The notes beneath the pieces were generated by a model. It was not told the DNA's origin, ran no database searches, and worked only from the letters and a program-made list of their open reading frames with translations. A stretch of DNA of 64,000 nucleotides, from the NCBI GenBank assembly GCA_963788655.1, contig CAWBHS010000004.1, forward strand, positions 1 to 64,000. Direction: 5' to 3'. The position numbers were made by a program, and so were the translations under genes. How positions within the stretch are numbered: position 1 is the first letter of the stretch; each line of letters starts with the position of its first letter. Positions 34,806 to 46,500 of this stretch are shown here, in pieces. The DNA comes from an uncultured Verrucomicrobiae bacterium. Its GTDB lineage: Bacteria > Verrucomicrobiota > Verrucomicrobiia > Limisphaerales > JAFGQR01.

Positions 34806-35641
34806 ACGACACGCAGAAGCAGGTGGTGGTTTCCGGCGCCTTTGATGACTTGAAGGCGTCGCACCTCCGGTTCCTGGAAGAAGCGGCCCAATTGGGCGAG
34901 TTGACTGTCCTGCTGTGGGCTGACGAACTCGTCGGTCGCATCGCGGGTAAACCGCCCAAGTTCCCGGAAGCTGAACGGCGCTATTTGTTGGAGTCCGTCC
35001 GCTATGTCAGCCGGGTCAAACGGGTCGCCAACCGGTTGGACAAGGATGCGCTGCCGGACTGGGAGACGCTCGGCTTCAAGCCCGATCTTTGGGTGATGGA
35101 CGAAGCGCAAGCCGGTTCCGCCCAAAAAGCATTTGCCGAGGAGCACGGCGTGCAATACCAGGCGCTGAGGCGAGTTGACTTGACGGGATTTCCCGAACGC
35201 CCGGCACCTGCCGGCAACTCCGAGACCGGCCGGCGCAAAGTCATGGTGACGGGTTGCTACGATTGGTTTCACTCCGGCCATGTGCGTTTCTTTGAAGAAG
35301 TCAGCGCTTATGGTGATTTGTATGTGGTCGTCGGACACGATGCCAACATCCGTTTGCTCAAGGGCGAGGGCCACCCGCAGTTTTCCCAGGACGAACGCCG
35401 CTATGTGGTTCAATCCATCCGTTTTGTCACCCAGGCGCTTGTGTCAACCGGGGATGGCTGGCTGGATGCAGAACCGGAAATCCAACGCCTCCAGCCGGAC
35501 ATCTATGCCGTAAACGAAGACGGCGACCGTCCCGAAAAACGCGAGTATTGCGCCCAGCACGGCCTCCACTACCTGGTGCTCAAGCGCATTCCCGCTCCCG
35601 GCCTGCCCCCGCGCACCAGTACCGATTTGCGTGGATTCTAG
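34802..35641 (+). CDS. Protein with two tandem cytidylyltransferase-like (HxGH) domains
   Basis: VSGAFDDLKASHLRFL (degenerate) and VTGCYDWFHSGHVRFF, RTSTDLR; GTGA overlap with the kinase. Confidence 0.8.
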   Translation: MNDTQKQVVVSGAFDDLKASHLRFLEEAAQLGELTVLLWADELVGRIAGKPPKFPEAERRYLLESVRYVSRVKRVANRLDKDALPDWETLGFKPDLWVMDEAQAGSAQKAFAEEHGVQYQALRRVDLTGFPERPAPAGNSETGRRKVMVTGCYDWFHSGHVRFFEEVSAYGDLYVVVGHDANIRLLKGEGHPQFSQDERRYVVQSIRFVTQALVSTGDGWLDAEPEIQRLQPDIYAVNEDGDRPEKREYCAQHGLHYLVLKRIPAPGLPPRTSTDLRGF

Positions 35642-35877
35642 CTAAGGACGTTCGCGGTCTGAAAACTGGATTATTTCTACAAGAACTGGTTTTAGCACTA
35701 CAGCGACACTTTCCACAAATCGCGGATGGAGCGCGGCGTTTACGCCGCTTCACCGTCCTATTCAATAAGCCGCTGGCAGGTCCTTGGTGCTTGAAGCGGC
35801 CTAAAGGCTGCGCTCCGTTCTTCGGAAGTGTCGCTGTAGTTTTAGGAAGTCTTCCCAGGCTTCTGCCCGTTGAATAG

Positions 35878-37329
35878 TTACGGGTTGTCGGAAGGTTCTT
35901 CCGCTTCGTCCTGTTTCGGGTGGAGGCCGAAGCGATTTAGTTTTTCCCGCAAGGTCAGGCGGGACAATCCCAGCCAGCGGGCGGCTTTGCTTTGGTTGCC
36001 CTGAGCCAATTGGATGGCTTGAGAGAGGACTTCGCGTTCGGCCAGTTCGAGGAGGCGCGCGTGTGCGTTGGTGATTTCTCCGCGTTGCGCGGCAGCAAGC
36101 AGTGCAGTGGCATGTTGCTCAAGGGATTGCTGGCCCGTCGGAGGCGGGGCTGCCTCCTGGCTCAGCACGGCGGTCACGTGATCACGGTTGATCGTATAAC
36201 CGCGCGCCAACAGGAGGATTTTCCGCACAGTGTTCTCCAGTTCGCGCACGTTGCCGGGCCACGGCTGCGATTGCAACAGTGCCATGGCCTCCGGGCGAAT
36301 GGAGGGCGGACCTTCGCCGAGTTCCTCGCCGTGTTTTTGAAGAAAGTATTGGATCAGGTCCGGAATGTCTTCCCGCCGTTCTCGCAACGCCGGCAAGCGG
36401 ACGACCACGGTGCTTAAACGGTAATACAGGTCTTGGCGAAACTGCTGTTCGGCCAGGGCGGTTTCCAGGTTGCGATTGGTCGCCGCGATGACGCGGACGT
36501 CGGCCGCGATCAGTTCCTTGCCGCCCAAGCGCCGAAAGTTCTTTTCCTGGAGCACGCGCAACAGTTTGACCTGCGTGCCGGGGGGCATGTCGCCGATTTC
36601 GTCGAGAAAGATGGTGCCGCCGTGCGCCTGTTCGAAGCGTCCAATGCGGCGCGCCTCGGCGCCGGTGAACGCGCCGCGTTCGTGTCCGAAGAGTTCACTT
36701 TCGAGCAAGGTTTCCGGGATCGCCGCGCAGTTGATGGCCACCATGGGCGCGGATTTGCGGTCGCTGTGCTGGTAGATGGCCCGGGCCACGAGTTCCTTGC
36801 CCGTCCCGGTTTCTCCGCGGAGTAGGATATTGACCGGCTTGGCGGCGACACGGCCAATCTCTTTGTAAATGGCTTGCATCGCCCGGCTGTTGCCAATGAT
36901 GGCGTCCCGTCCGATATCGGCCTCACCCAGGGTGATGGGTTGGGACGTCAGGCGCCCGGCGGCCACGGCTTTCGCCACCAGCGCCAACAATTCATCCATT
37001 TCAAACGGTTTGAGCAGGTAGTCGTAGGCGCCGAATTTGGTGGCTTCGATGGCGATGTCGGTGGTGCCGTGCGCGGTCATCAGGATCACCGGCAGGCGAG
37101 GCTTGACGGTATGTAATTGACGGACGAGTTCCAAGCCATCGCCGCCGGGCAGCTTCAAGTCGCTGAGGACGGCATCGAAGTTTTGCTGCTCGGCGCGCTG
37201 GAGCCCGTTGTCGCCACGGGTTTCCCAAGCAAGGGTGTAACCTTCGTCGGCCAGCACTTGCCGGAGCCCGGCCGCCAGGTCCGCATCGTCTTCAATCAGG
37301 AGCAGGCTAGGCTTGGGTTTCAGGTTCAT
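35878..37329 (-). CDS. Sigma54-dependent response regulator (NtrC/AtoC type)
   Basis: Receiver domain, GETGTGKE, ESELFGHERGAFTGA, FLDEIG, WPGNVRELEN, Fis-type HTH. Confidence 0.95.
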   Translation of the reverse strand: MNLKPKPSLLLIEDDADLAAGLRQVLADEGYTLAWETRGDNGLQRAEQQNFDAVLSDLKLPGGDGLELVRQLHTVKPRLPVILMTAHGTTDIAIEATKFGAYDYLLKPFEMDELLALVAKAVAAGRLTSQPITLGEADIGRDAIIGNSRAMQAIYKEIGRVAAKPVNILLRGETGTGKELVARAIYQHSDRKSAPMVAINCAAIPETLLESELFGHERGAFTGAEARRIGRFEQAHGGTIFLDEIGDMPPGTQVKLLRVLQEKNFRRLGGKELIAADVRVIAATNRNLETALAEQQFRQDLYYRLSTVVVRLPALRERREDIPDLIQYFLQKHGEELGEGPPSIRPEAMALLQSQPWPGNVRELENTVRKILLLARGYTINRDHVTAVLSQEAAPPPTGQQSLEQHATALLAAAQRGEITNAHARLLELAEREVLSQAIQLAQGNQSKAARWLGLSRLTLREKLNRFGLHPKQDEAEEPSDNP

Positions 37330-38692
37330 GGATGCGTGGCAATACGATGCCAAAGGTGGTGCCGATGCCCTGCTCGGTTTGATACAGCAAGGCGCCGCCG
37401 TGTTTCTCGACGATGCGGGCGGCAATGGATAATCCCAGTCCGCTGCCTCCCTGCTTGGTGGTGAAGAACGGGTCGAACAACCGTTGCTCAATGTCCGGGG
37501 GAATGCCGCCGCCCGTGTCCCGCACTTCCAGGATGACCACTTCGGTCAACCGGTTGTCCAGGCGTTTGGCCCCGGTGTGCAGGCGCAACGTAATGGCCCC
37601 ATTTTGGCCGATGGCGTCCGCGGCGTTTTGCACGAGGTTGATGAGCACTTGTTGGATTTGTTGCACGTCAATTTCAACCCATGCCGGGCCGGCGAGCTCG
37701 AGCTGCAGTTGAATGTCAGACTTTTTCAGTTGCGGGGAAAGCAGTTTGTGGACTTCGCGCAAGGGAACCTCGGCTCCCGTGATGGTGCGCTCCGGATCAG
37801 AGGGCCGGGCAAAGAGGAGGAAGTCCTTGACGATACGTTCCAGGCGATCGATTTGCTGGTTGATGGTTTCCGCGTCGGTTTGCTCGGGGGAATTCGCCGG
37901 CAACAGTCGCTTCAAGGTAAACAGCCGGGCCTTGATGGCAGTGAGGGGGTTGCGGATTTCATGGGCGACGCCGGCGGCCAGCATGCCCAGCGAAGCGAGT
38001 TTTTCCTGCCGCTCGAGGAGGGAGCGGCTTTCGACCAGCTTGAGTTGGAGCGGCGCTATTTTTCGGTGGTAGGCAATCACGGCGAGCCAGGCGCCCAGGC
38101 CGATCACGACCACCGTCGTGCTTAGCAGCAGGATGCCGAGATCCCGGAGCAGGCGATCCGAACTATTGAAGAGGTTCTGCATGTACAGAATACGGGCGTC
38201 GGCCAATTGGTAGCCATGATCATTCAACTCTTCGGAAGCCTGTTGAACCGGATTGAAATCAATCAAGGGCATCTGGTTGGTGCCCTGTTTCAGGTCGCGG
38301 ACCGCGTGATAAAAGTCCTCGGCCGCCATCATGTAGTTCGTGTGGGCCGTATCAATCGCATTGAGAACGCGTCGTTCCTTTTCCGAGGTGTACAGCAACT
38401 TGCGCTCGTCGATGTAAGCGTCCAGGGCTCCGCTCTCTTTGGTGAACTGCGCCCACTCCGCGGGAAGCTTGTCGATCCCGTAATGAAGCAAGATATTGTT
38501 GAGCCGGAACGTGGCCAGTTGGAAACGGCGCATCACATGAAAGCTATCGCTGGGGGCCGCGGCCAGTTGATTGCGCACCCAATTGATGCGTTGCCAGGAG
38601 GAATGGGCTTTCCAAATCACGGCGCCCAAACCCAACGCGATCGCCAGCACAAAGAAGAGGACACGCACTTTTAAACTCAGGCTCAGTTTCAT
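37307..38692 (-). CDS. Membrane sensor histidine kinase
   Basis: Two TM segments, AHEIRNPL H-box, NLVQNA, DTGGG, FDPFFTTK, GLGL; alternative start at 38743. Confidence 0.93.
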   Translation of the reverse strand: MKLSLSLKVRVLFFVLAIALGLGAVIWKAHSSWQRINWVRNQLAAAPSDSFHVMRRFQLATFRLNNILLHYGIDKLPAEWAQFTKESGALDAYIDERKLLYTSEKERRVLNAIDTAHTNYMMAAEDFYHAVRDLKQGTNQMPLIDFNPVQQASEELNDHGYQLADARILYMQNLFNSSDRLLRDLGILLLSTTVVVIGLGAWLAVIAYHRKIAPLQLKLVESRSLLERQEKLASLGMLAAGVAHEIRNPLTAIKARLFTLKRLLPANSPEQTDAETINQQIDRLERIVKDFLLFARPSDPERTITGAEVPLREVHKLLSPQLKKSDIQLQLELAGPAWVEIDVQQIQQVLINLVQNAADAIGQNGAITLRLHTGAKRLDNRLTEVVILEVRDTGGGIPPDIEQRLFDPFFTTKQGGSGLGLSIAARIVEKHGGALLYQTEQGIGTTFGIVLPRIHEPETQA

Positions 38693-38815
38693 TTTATCAC
38701 TTCTGGTAAGGAACTGATCAGTTCCTGGTTGCTTCTTTACCATACAAACAGCCGCCCGCGTAGTAAGTTTCTACCGAACAGGTTGATTCCCAAAGAGACG
38801 CCAACCCTCACTTCA

Positions 38816-38832
38816 TTGGCACACCGATAGCT
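38816..38832 (+). promoter_or_regulatory. Sigma54 (-24/-12) promoter
   Basis: TTGGCACACCGATAGCT, GG-N10-GC spacing; divergent from the NtrC-type activator operon. Confidence 0.65.
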
Positions 38833-39181
38833 TAAAGAGAGGGGTCACTGCCGAAATGGGGTACGGCGGGACGGAAAATAACGACAACATGAATCAACGA
38901 ATTCGAAAACCGACCCCGTCAACGTGGACCGAAGGGATGCGCAGTCGGAACGGGATGGCGCATACGAGTGAGCCGACGGAAACCGATTTCACAAATAAAG
39001 GAGTTAATTCGTTGACTGGACCGGGTTTCACGATTCTCCACACAATGTCGCGAAGCGGCTCGCGATGCAGATTGCAAGTGGACCGGTCCCGGTTGACTTC
39101 ACTTGCGGTTGAGCCATCCCCTGGCTCAACCGCAGGTGCCCGCCCGCGGCATAGAACCACGCCTGCCATCCCCAAAAAATA

Positions 39182-39625
39182 ATGAACAAGATGATTTTAA
39201 TCGCCGACGACGATCAGTCCGTGCAGACCTCGCTGGCACGGGTGCTGGAAGTGGAAGGCTATGAAGTAGTGTGCGCGGCGGACGGCACGGAAGCTGTCCA
39301 CGAAGCGGTGACGCGGTTGCCGCACTTGGTCTTGTTGGACCTCAACATGCCCAATCGAGACGGTTGGCAGGCTTTTGAATTACTGGAACGGCTGTGTCCG
39401 TTGTTGCCGGTGATTGTGATCACGGCCCGACCGCACCAGTATCAGCGCGCTGCCGGCCAGGGAGTGGACGCCTTGATGGAAAAACCGCTGGATCTGCCAG
39501 TGCTGCTCGATACCATTCGCCGCTTGATCAAGGAATCCGAAACTGACCGCATTCGGCGCCTGACCCGCGGCGATTTCCGCACCGAATTGCTGCCCTCTGT
39601 AAACGAAAAGGAGGCCCTCCCTTGA
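39182..39625 (+). CDS. Single-domain response regulator
   Basis: ILIADDD, LLDLNMP..DG, VIVITA, EKP. Confidence 0.9.
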   Translation: MNKMILIADDDQSVQTSLARVLEVEGYEVVCAADGTEAVHEAVTRLPHLVLLDLNMPNRDGWQAFELLERLCPLLPVIVITARPHQYQRAAGQGVDALMEKPLDLPVLLDTIRRLIKESETDRIRRLTRGDFRTELLPSVNEKEALP

Positions 39626-39661
39626 CCATCGATGTCTTGATGAGATAGAGTTACCCAGCGC

Positions 39662-40216
39662 ATGATGAAAACCATTTTGTTAGTGGACGACGATGTGTCG
39701 GTTCGGGAGTCGGTGTCACAGGTATTGGTCGCCGAGGGGTATGAAGTGTTGTTGGCTGAAGATGGAGATACCGCGCTGGAACTGGCCAGGAACTACTCGG
39801 TGAACCTGGCGCTGCTGGACTTGCGCATGCCCAAGAAAAGTGGGTGGGATACCTTCGAGCCGTTGACCCGCGAACACCCCACGTTACCGGTGATCATCAT
39901 GACGGGCCGTTCCAATCAACGCTTTACCTCGCTGGCCGCCGGGGTGGGGGCGTTGATCGAGAAACCTTTTGAAATGAGCAAATTGATCGAGATCATCGAG
40001 CAATTGCTGGCCCAACCCGCGGAAGCGCATCTGGCGCGGCTAGCCGGTGAAACCTCTGATTTGCGCTACGTTCCGCGCGGGGAGGAAGTGGAGCGCGAGC
40101 GGGCGGGCGCCCCGGTCCACCTTGTCGGCAACTATGCGACTGGCAAGGAATCGGGAGTGGCTGGACATCCTAACGGGGCCAAGACACTCACCCCGGCGAA
40201 GCCGCACGGCGAATAA
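39662..40216 (+). CDS. Single-domain response regulator (tandem paralogue)
   Basis: ILLVDDD, LLDLRMP..SG, VIIMTG, EKPF. Confidence 0.88.
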   Translation: MMKTILLVDDDVSVRESVSQVLVAEGYEVLLAEDGDTALELARNYSVNLALLDLRMPKKSGWDTFEPLTREHPTLPVIIMTGRSNQRFTSLAAGVGALIEKPFEMSKLIEIIEQLLAQPAEAHLARLAGETSDLRYVPRGEEVERERAGAPVHLVGNYATGKESGVAGHPNGAKTLTPAKPHGE

Positions 40217-40500
40217 CACCCATTTCTAAGATTACTGAAGTTTGAACCGTGGCCGCGGCGGTGAAGCCACGACCACACTTCTTCTGCTGGCGGCAGTTTC
40301 GATCCAAGCGCCGTCTCGCTTCTCTGCCTACGCCAAAAAAACCGCATCTTTTCCTCGCAAAACACGCTTATTTGGGCCATGGTGTCCGCGTACCCAACGG
40401 AATGACTTGGCCCGGTTTCGTCTGCTCAGCAGGAGCTTACGCTTGGCAGAAGAACCGTCAGGTTTCCGATAAATGTGGCTTCAAAACTTGCGTTGTGACG

Positions 40501-43500
40501 ATGAAATTTGGTTGGTGGTCTTCAATTTGTATTTTCGCTCTGGCGTTTTCGGCCTTGGAAGTACGCGCCGAACAGGTGGTGTTTAGTGAAATCATGTATC
40601 ACCCCGCCGGATTGCTGCCGGAATACCTGGAAATCTACAACCACACCGCTACCCCCCTGGACATTGCCCAGTGGCAATTGCGGGGTGGAGTGGATTATGA
40701 GTTTCCCGATTATTCCGCGAGCGATTCGATGCTGACGTTTCTCAAGCCGTATGAGCGAATCCTGGTTTGCGGTGTGGACGCGGCCACGTTGCGCACGGCT
40801 TACGGCATTCCTGCCACCGTCCGCATCTTCGGGCCGTGGACTGGCAACCTCAACAACGCCGGGGAACGCCTGACGCTCAAAGACAAAAACGGCGTGACCG
40901 TTTGCACCGTGACGTTCAACGATCGCGGTAAATGGTCCCCCGCCGCCGATGGGGCCGGGCACAGCCTGGTGCTGGTGAATCCAGACAGGCGGCTCGACGA
41001 CTGGCGCAATTGGACCGCAAGCCAGCGACGCGGCGGTACACCGGGCACCGAAGCCATCGCCGAACCCGAAACGCCGGTGGCCAATCCCGAGGTGAATCTC
41101 AGCCAGGGCATTCCCTTTGTGGAATACGGCGACGTTTGGAAATTCCACGACCAAAACCAGAACCTCGGGACCGCTTGGAGGGCGACTGGTTACGATGATA
41201 GTAGTTGGAGCCAGGGACCGGGTCTGTTCGGTTTCGAAAACGCCGGCTTGCCCGCGCCCGGTATCCAAACGCCGCTGTTCAACGACACCGACGCCAACAA
41301 CCTCATCACGTATTATCTGCGCAAGAGCTTTGCCTATAACGGCAGCCTGCAAAACGTCGCCCTCAGTATCGACCAAATCCTGGACGACGGCGCCATTTAC
41401 TATTTGAACGGCCAGGAACTCGGGCGTGACAACATGCCCAGCGGAACCGTCGATTGGAAGACCACCGCGTCAGGCGCAGTGGGGGACGCCACCGAAAGGC
41501 TCAACGTCATCAGCGTGCCCGGCACTGCGTTGGTCCGCGGCAACAATGTGCTGGCCGTCGAAGTTCACCAGATCAATGCCACCAGCTCGGACGCAGTGTT
41601 TGGCTGCCGATTGAAAATCTCCGCGCCCAGCCAGAACAACGTGGTCATCAATGAAGTTCTGCCCGGCGCGGCAGGCCTCGGATTTGTCGAGTTTTACAAT
41701 CCCACGCTAGCTCCCATCAATCTGCGCGATTATTACGTTAGCGACGATCCCGCGAACTTGGCCAAGCATCGCATCACCACTGATGTCATCGTTTCTGCGG
41801 GAGGATTTGCTTCGGTGGGTTTCGCCGAATCCGGGTTGTCGAGTGGTAGCACGCTCACCGTGTATCTGACCGACGCCGACGGAGTCACGGCCTTGAGCGG
41901 TATCAGCACCAGCGCTGCGTTGAATGGCCGGTCCATTGGCCGCAAACCCGCCGGGGGCGCTTCCTGGTTTTTGTTTGCCGATCCCACGCGCGACGCCCCG
42001 AATGAAACCCAAAGCGGTCTGGCAGCGGCGCTGCACTTGAGCGAAGTGCATTTCAGCACGTCAAATACTGTTGATTGGGTGGAATTTTACAATGCGAGCG
42101 GCAGCAGCCTTCCGTTGAACGGTTTGTTCCTCGCCGCCGACCGTGAGCTGACCAATAAGCTGGCATTGAGCGGGACGGTGTCCGCCGGTGGTTACGCCAG
42201 CGTGAATTGCAATTTCGCGACGTCTGATGGCGAAGTGACGTTGTTTCTGGTCACGTCCGCCAACACCGTGCTGGCCGCGCGGGTGTTCGAGCGGACTGCG
42301 TTGGGCAACTCGTTGCAAGCGTTTCCGGCCGGGGCGAATGAATGGTACGGCGCGCCGGCCAGTTCCCGCGATGCCGCCAATAATCCGCCGCGGCAGGATT
42401 CGATTGTGATTAACGAGATCATGTACGATCCGCCGTCCGACGAAGTGGCGGGCGAGTTCATCGAGCTGTTCAATCGCGGCGCCACAACGGTGGACGTGTC
42501 GAACTGGCGGTTCACCGACGGCATCGACTTCACGATTCCCTCCGGCACGACCATTCCGCCGAATGGCTTTTTGGTGGTCGCCGCCGATCAGGATTGGATG
42601 CGCTCGACCTACGGCACCATTGCGGTGGTGGGAAATTTCAGCGGCCGGTTGCGCAACACCGGCGACTTGATCCGCTTGGTTGATCAATGGGGCAACCTGG
42701 TGGACGAAGTGGATTATCAGCCGGGCGGCACCTGGCCCAATTTAGCCAACGGCGGCGGCACCAGCATGGAATTGCGCAATCCGTGGATGGACAACCATTT
42801 CGCGTCCGCCTGGGCCGACAGCAACGAAACCAACAAAGCCGGTTTCCAGCACTACAGTTACTCCGATGTGTTTCGCCAGCTCAAGGCCGACGGCGGCGTA
42901 ACCGATTACCGGGAACTGCATTTCCATCTGGTGGGCGACAGCCATGTGGTGCTGCAAAACATCCAGGTCCGCCAAAACGGCATCGGCGCGAACCTGATCC
43001 AGAATGGCGACCGCATGTCCACCGACTGTTGCAGCGCCAGCGGTTGGCTGGCCCAGGGCACGCACTACGCCAGCACCATGCAGAACGGCCAATTGCACAT
43101 CCTGGCGGATGGCCACGGCGACAACCGGCCCAATCGCGTCGAGATCGACGTGACCGCCATGCAACCCAGTTCGACGTACGAAATCAGTTTCGATGGCCGC
43201 TGGGTGGCCGGTTCTTCGCGGCTCGTCGCCCAGACCTGGGACCACAGCATCGCAACGAGCTTCTCGCTGGAGATTCCCCCGAACCTCGGTACGCCCGGCA
43301 CGATGAATTCGCAGTTCATCCCCACACCCGCGCCGCAAGTGGATGGCCTGTTGCACAATCCCGCCGTGCCTGCCGCCGGGGAAACGGTCACGGTCACCGC
43401 GCGCATCACCTCCGCCTCGCCGGGTCCGCAAGTGCGATTATTCCATCGGCTCGACAACAGCAGCGGCGACGGCGCCTGGAGCAGCAAGACGATGTTCGAT

Positions 43501-46500
43501 GATGGCCTTTCCGGCGGTGATGCCACCACCGGCGATGGCATCTACACCGCGCAACTCACCGAATACGGCGGCAACGGCCAGGTGGTGCAATTCTACGTGC
43601 AGGCTACCGCCGGCGGGCAGTCCAGTCAGATGCCCAAATGGGGCGCGGACCGGCCGGCGATGTATGTGGTGGACACGCCCGAGCACCATTGGCGATTTGC
43701 GGAAGATGCGCTTCGTGGTTTCGGCGCTCGACGTGCGCACCATCAGCGATCAGGACAATCCCACGGGGACGTACGGCTACAAGTTCCCGCGCCTGTCCAA
43801 TCATTACTTCAACATGACGCTCATCATCAACGAGCGAAACGTGGTCTATAATTGCGAGATTCGCACCAGTGGCAGTCCGTGGACCCGCGGCGGCGGACTG
43901 GATCGCGGCAAATTCAAACTCCCCAAGGACCAGCTCTTTCGCGGCAAGGAAAAGCTCATGTACGACAACGACGCCGGTGGTGGCAGCCGGCATCATAACC
44001 GGATTGCCCGTTACTGGCTTTATCTGCTGGGCCACCCGGTCAATGAGAACGAATTCATCCAGATGGAGGTCAACAACGGCGGCGTCAGTTTGCGCGAGGA
44101 AGTCGAACCGGTGGGCAACGATTTGTTGGACCGCAATTTTGAAAACGGCACCCAGGGCGAATTATACCGCATCGACGACGAGTGGTGGTTTCAAGACAAC
44201 TGGGGCCGCAGTCAGCGCGATGCGGACTGGGTGTATAAAGGCACCGACAATGCCGGCCGTTATCGCACCGAATGGATGAAACGTTCGCGCGAAGACGACG
44301 ACGATTTCACCGCGCTGATCGGCTTTTTCAAAAAGCTGTCGCAAGGTTACACCCAGTCCGAAATCGAGCGACTGATCGATTCCGAGATGGTCATGAAAAT
44401 GGCCGCCGTCCGCGGCTACATTTACGACTGGGACTCGTTCTCAGTGAACCGCGGCAAGAACGGTTACTTCTATCGCAAGCCGACCGATGGGCGGTTCATG
44501 TTCTGGCATTGGGATAGCGACCTGGCGTTTCAGGATGCGAACGCGACCTTCCTGGCGGGCAAGCCCGGCTTTCCCGGCTACGTCCAACAATCCTACAACC
44601 TGCGTCGTTTCAAACATTACCTGGCGCTGGTGGTCGAGGATTACGCGCGCAATTCACCCCGCATGAATGCCTGGCTCCAGGCCGAGGAAAACGCCAGTTC
44701 GCAATACACCGTCAGCGCCACGTACCAAACCTGGTTCAACAACCGCGAAACGCCCGCCCTCAATTTCCTGGGTGCCAACCGGAACGCAGCGTTCAACGTG
44801 ACCACCGGGGGCGGCGGGGTGATTTCCACCAGCGGCGCCACGGTGAACCTGTCGGGCACGGCGCCCTTGCGGGTTTACCAGGTCACGGTCGCCGGCCATC
44901 CGGAAGCGACGTTCTCCTGGATCAACGAAACCAGTTGGACGCTGAATGGCATCGGGCTGTCCAGCGGAGCGAATGTGCTCACCGTCAATGCCGTCGATGA
45001 TTTCGGTCAGGTGCTGCACACCGACACGGTCACCGTCAACAAAAGTGGCAACGCCCCACCGGTAATGGCGCTCGCAGCCAATCCCGATTCCTGGCACGTC
45101 TCGGTGGTAGCACCGTTGGAACTCGATGCGCACAACAGCTTCGATCCCGACGGCGGACCGCTGACGTATTCGTGGACCGTTTCACCGGCAGATGCCCAAC
45201 TCGAAACGAGTTCGCAGGACCGCGCGACAGCAATCTTCCCCCGGCCCGGCCTTTATACGTTCACCGTGAACGGCCGTGATCCCGGCAACGCGGTGACCAC
45301 GATCCAACGTGAGGCGGCCGTGTATGCACCGGACGGTTTCAGCCCGTTCAACGACGCGGTGCTCGAGCCGTATTGGAATCGCAGCAGCGTCGAGCCGCGC
45401 ATGAATTACAACACCGGCACCTATTATTCACTCAGCGAAATGGACGGCCACTTGGTGGTGCAGGTGTTGGACGACCGCGCGCGACCGTTGGGCGCCGCCA
45501 CACCGGCATATCCGCTGATTTGGCGGACCATGCCGCCGCAAACGGATTGGGCGTTGATGACCAAGGTGGGTGTGATCGGGCAGTTGTTCGGCGATTATTC
45601 GACCGGCCTCATGGTTGAAATGATCGAGGAAGGCAGCCCGGTGCGGTACGCGTTCGGTATCGAGAATGGCAGCATCCTGAGCGTCAAACGGGCGACCTCG
45701 TCAGGCGTTGCCGGAGCGTTGAAGAGCGCGTCACTGACCACGACGGAAATCGCGATTCGCATTCGCCGGGCGGGCAACGTGCTGTATTTCGAAAAGCAGG
45801 AAAACGGCGTCTGGTCGCTGGTACATTCCACTGGACTGGCCTCCGGCGAACCGGCGACCAAAGGGGGGCTGTTCGTGGCCACGGACACACCGCAAATCAT
45901 CCGGGCCGCGTTTGATTACGCGCTGCTGGTGGACTCTTCAGCCACTTCCGACCTGCGGGAGAATTTGCGCCTCAGTGAAATCATGTACAATCCCGAGGGC
46001 GGCCTGGAGTTTGAATATGTCGAATTGGTAAACATCGGCGACACCACTTTGGACCTGACGGGCGTTCACTTTACCGACGGCGTCACGTACACGTTTGGCA
46101 GCACCCGGCTCGGGCCGCGGCAATATCTCGTGGTGCCGTATTACGATCAGGCCTTTGCCGCGCGCTACAGCACCGCCGGTGTAAACCTGGCGCCCGGCGG
46201 CTTTGCTCCGAGCCGGTTGAATAACGCCGGCGAAACCATCGAATTGTCCGACGCGCAAGGCGCGGTGATCCTGTCGGTGACGTACGGCTCGTCCGGCGTC
46301 TGGCCCGCTGAGGCCGACGGCGGGGGGAGTTCGCTCGAAGTAGTTGATCCGGCCGGTAACTTAAATGATCCGGCCAATTGGCGCGCCAGCCCGGAATCCA
46401 ACGGTTCACCGGGACGCGCCGGCGGTGAACTGTTGGGAACCGTGGTGGTGAACGAGGTTCTGACCCACACGGATTATCCCTTCGAAGATGCCATCGAATT

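Noticed and set aside
40249..40500. N-terminal extension of the giant protein ORF (similarly 5046-5273, 14006-14266, 32564-32773)
   Set aside because: Signal peptides or family N-termini begin at downstream ATGs (40501, 5274, 14267, 32563).
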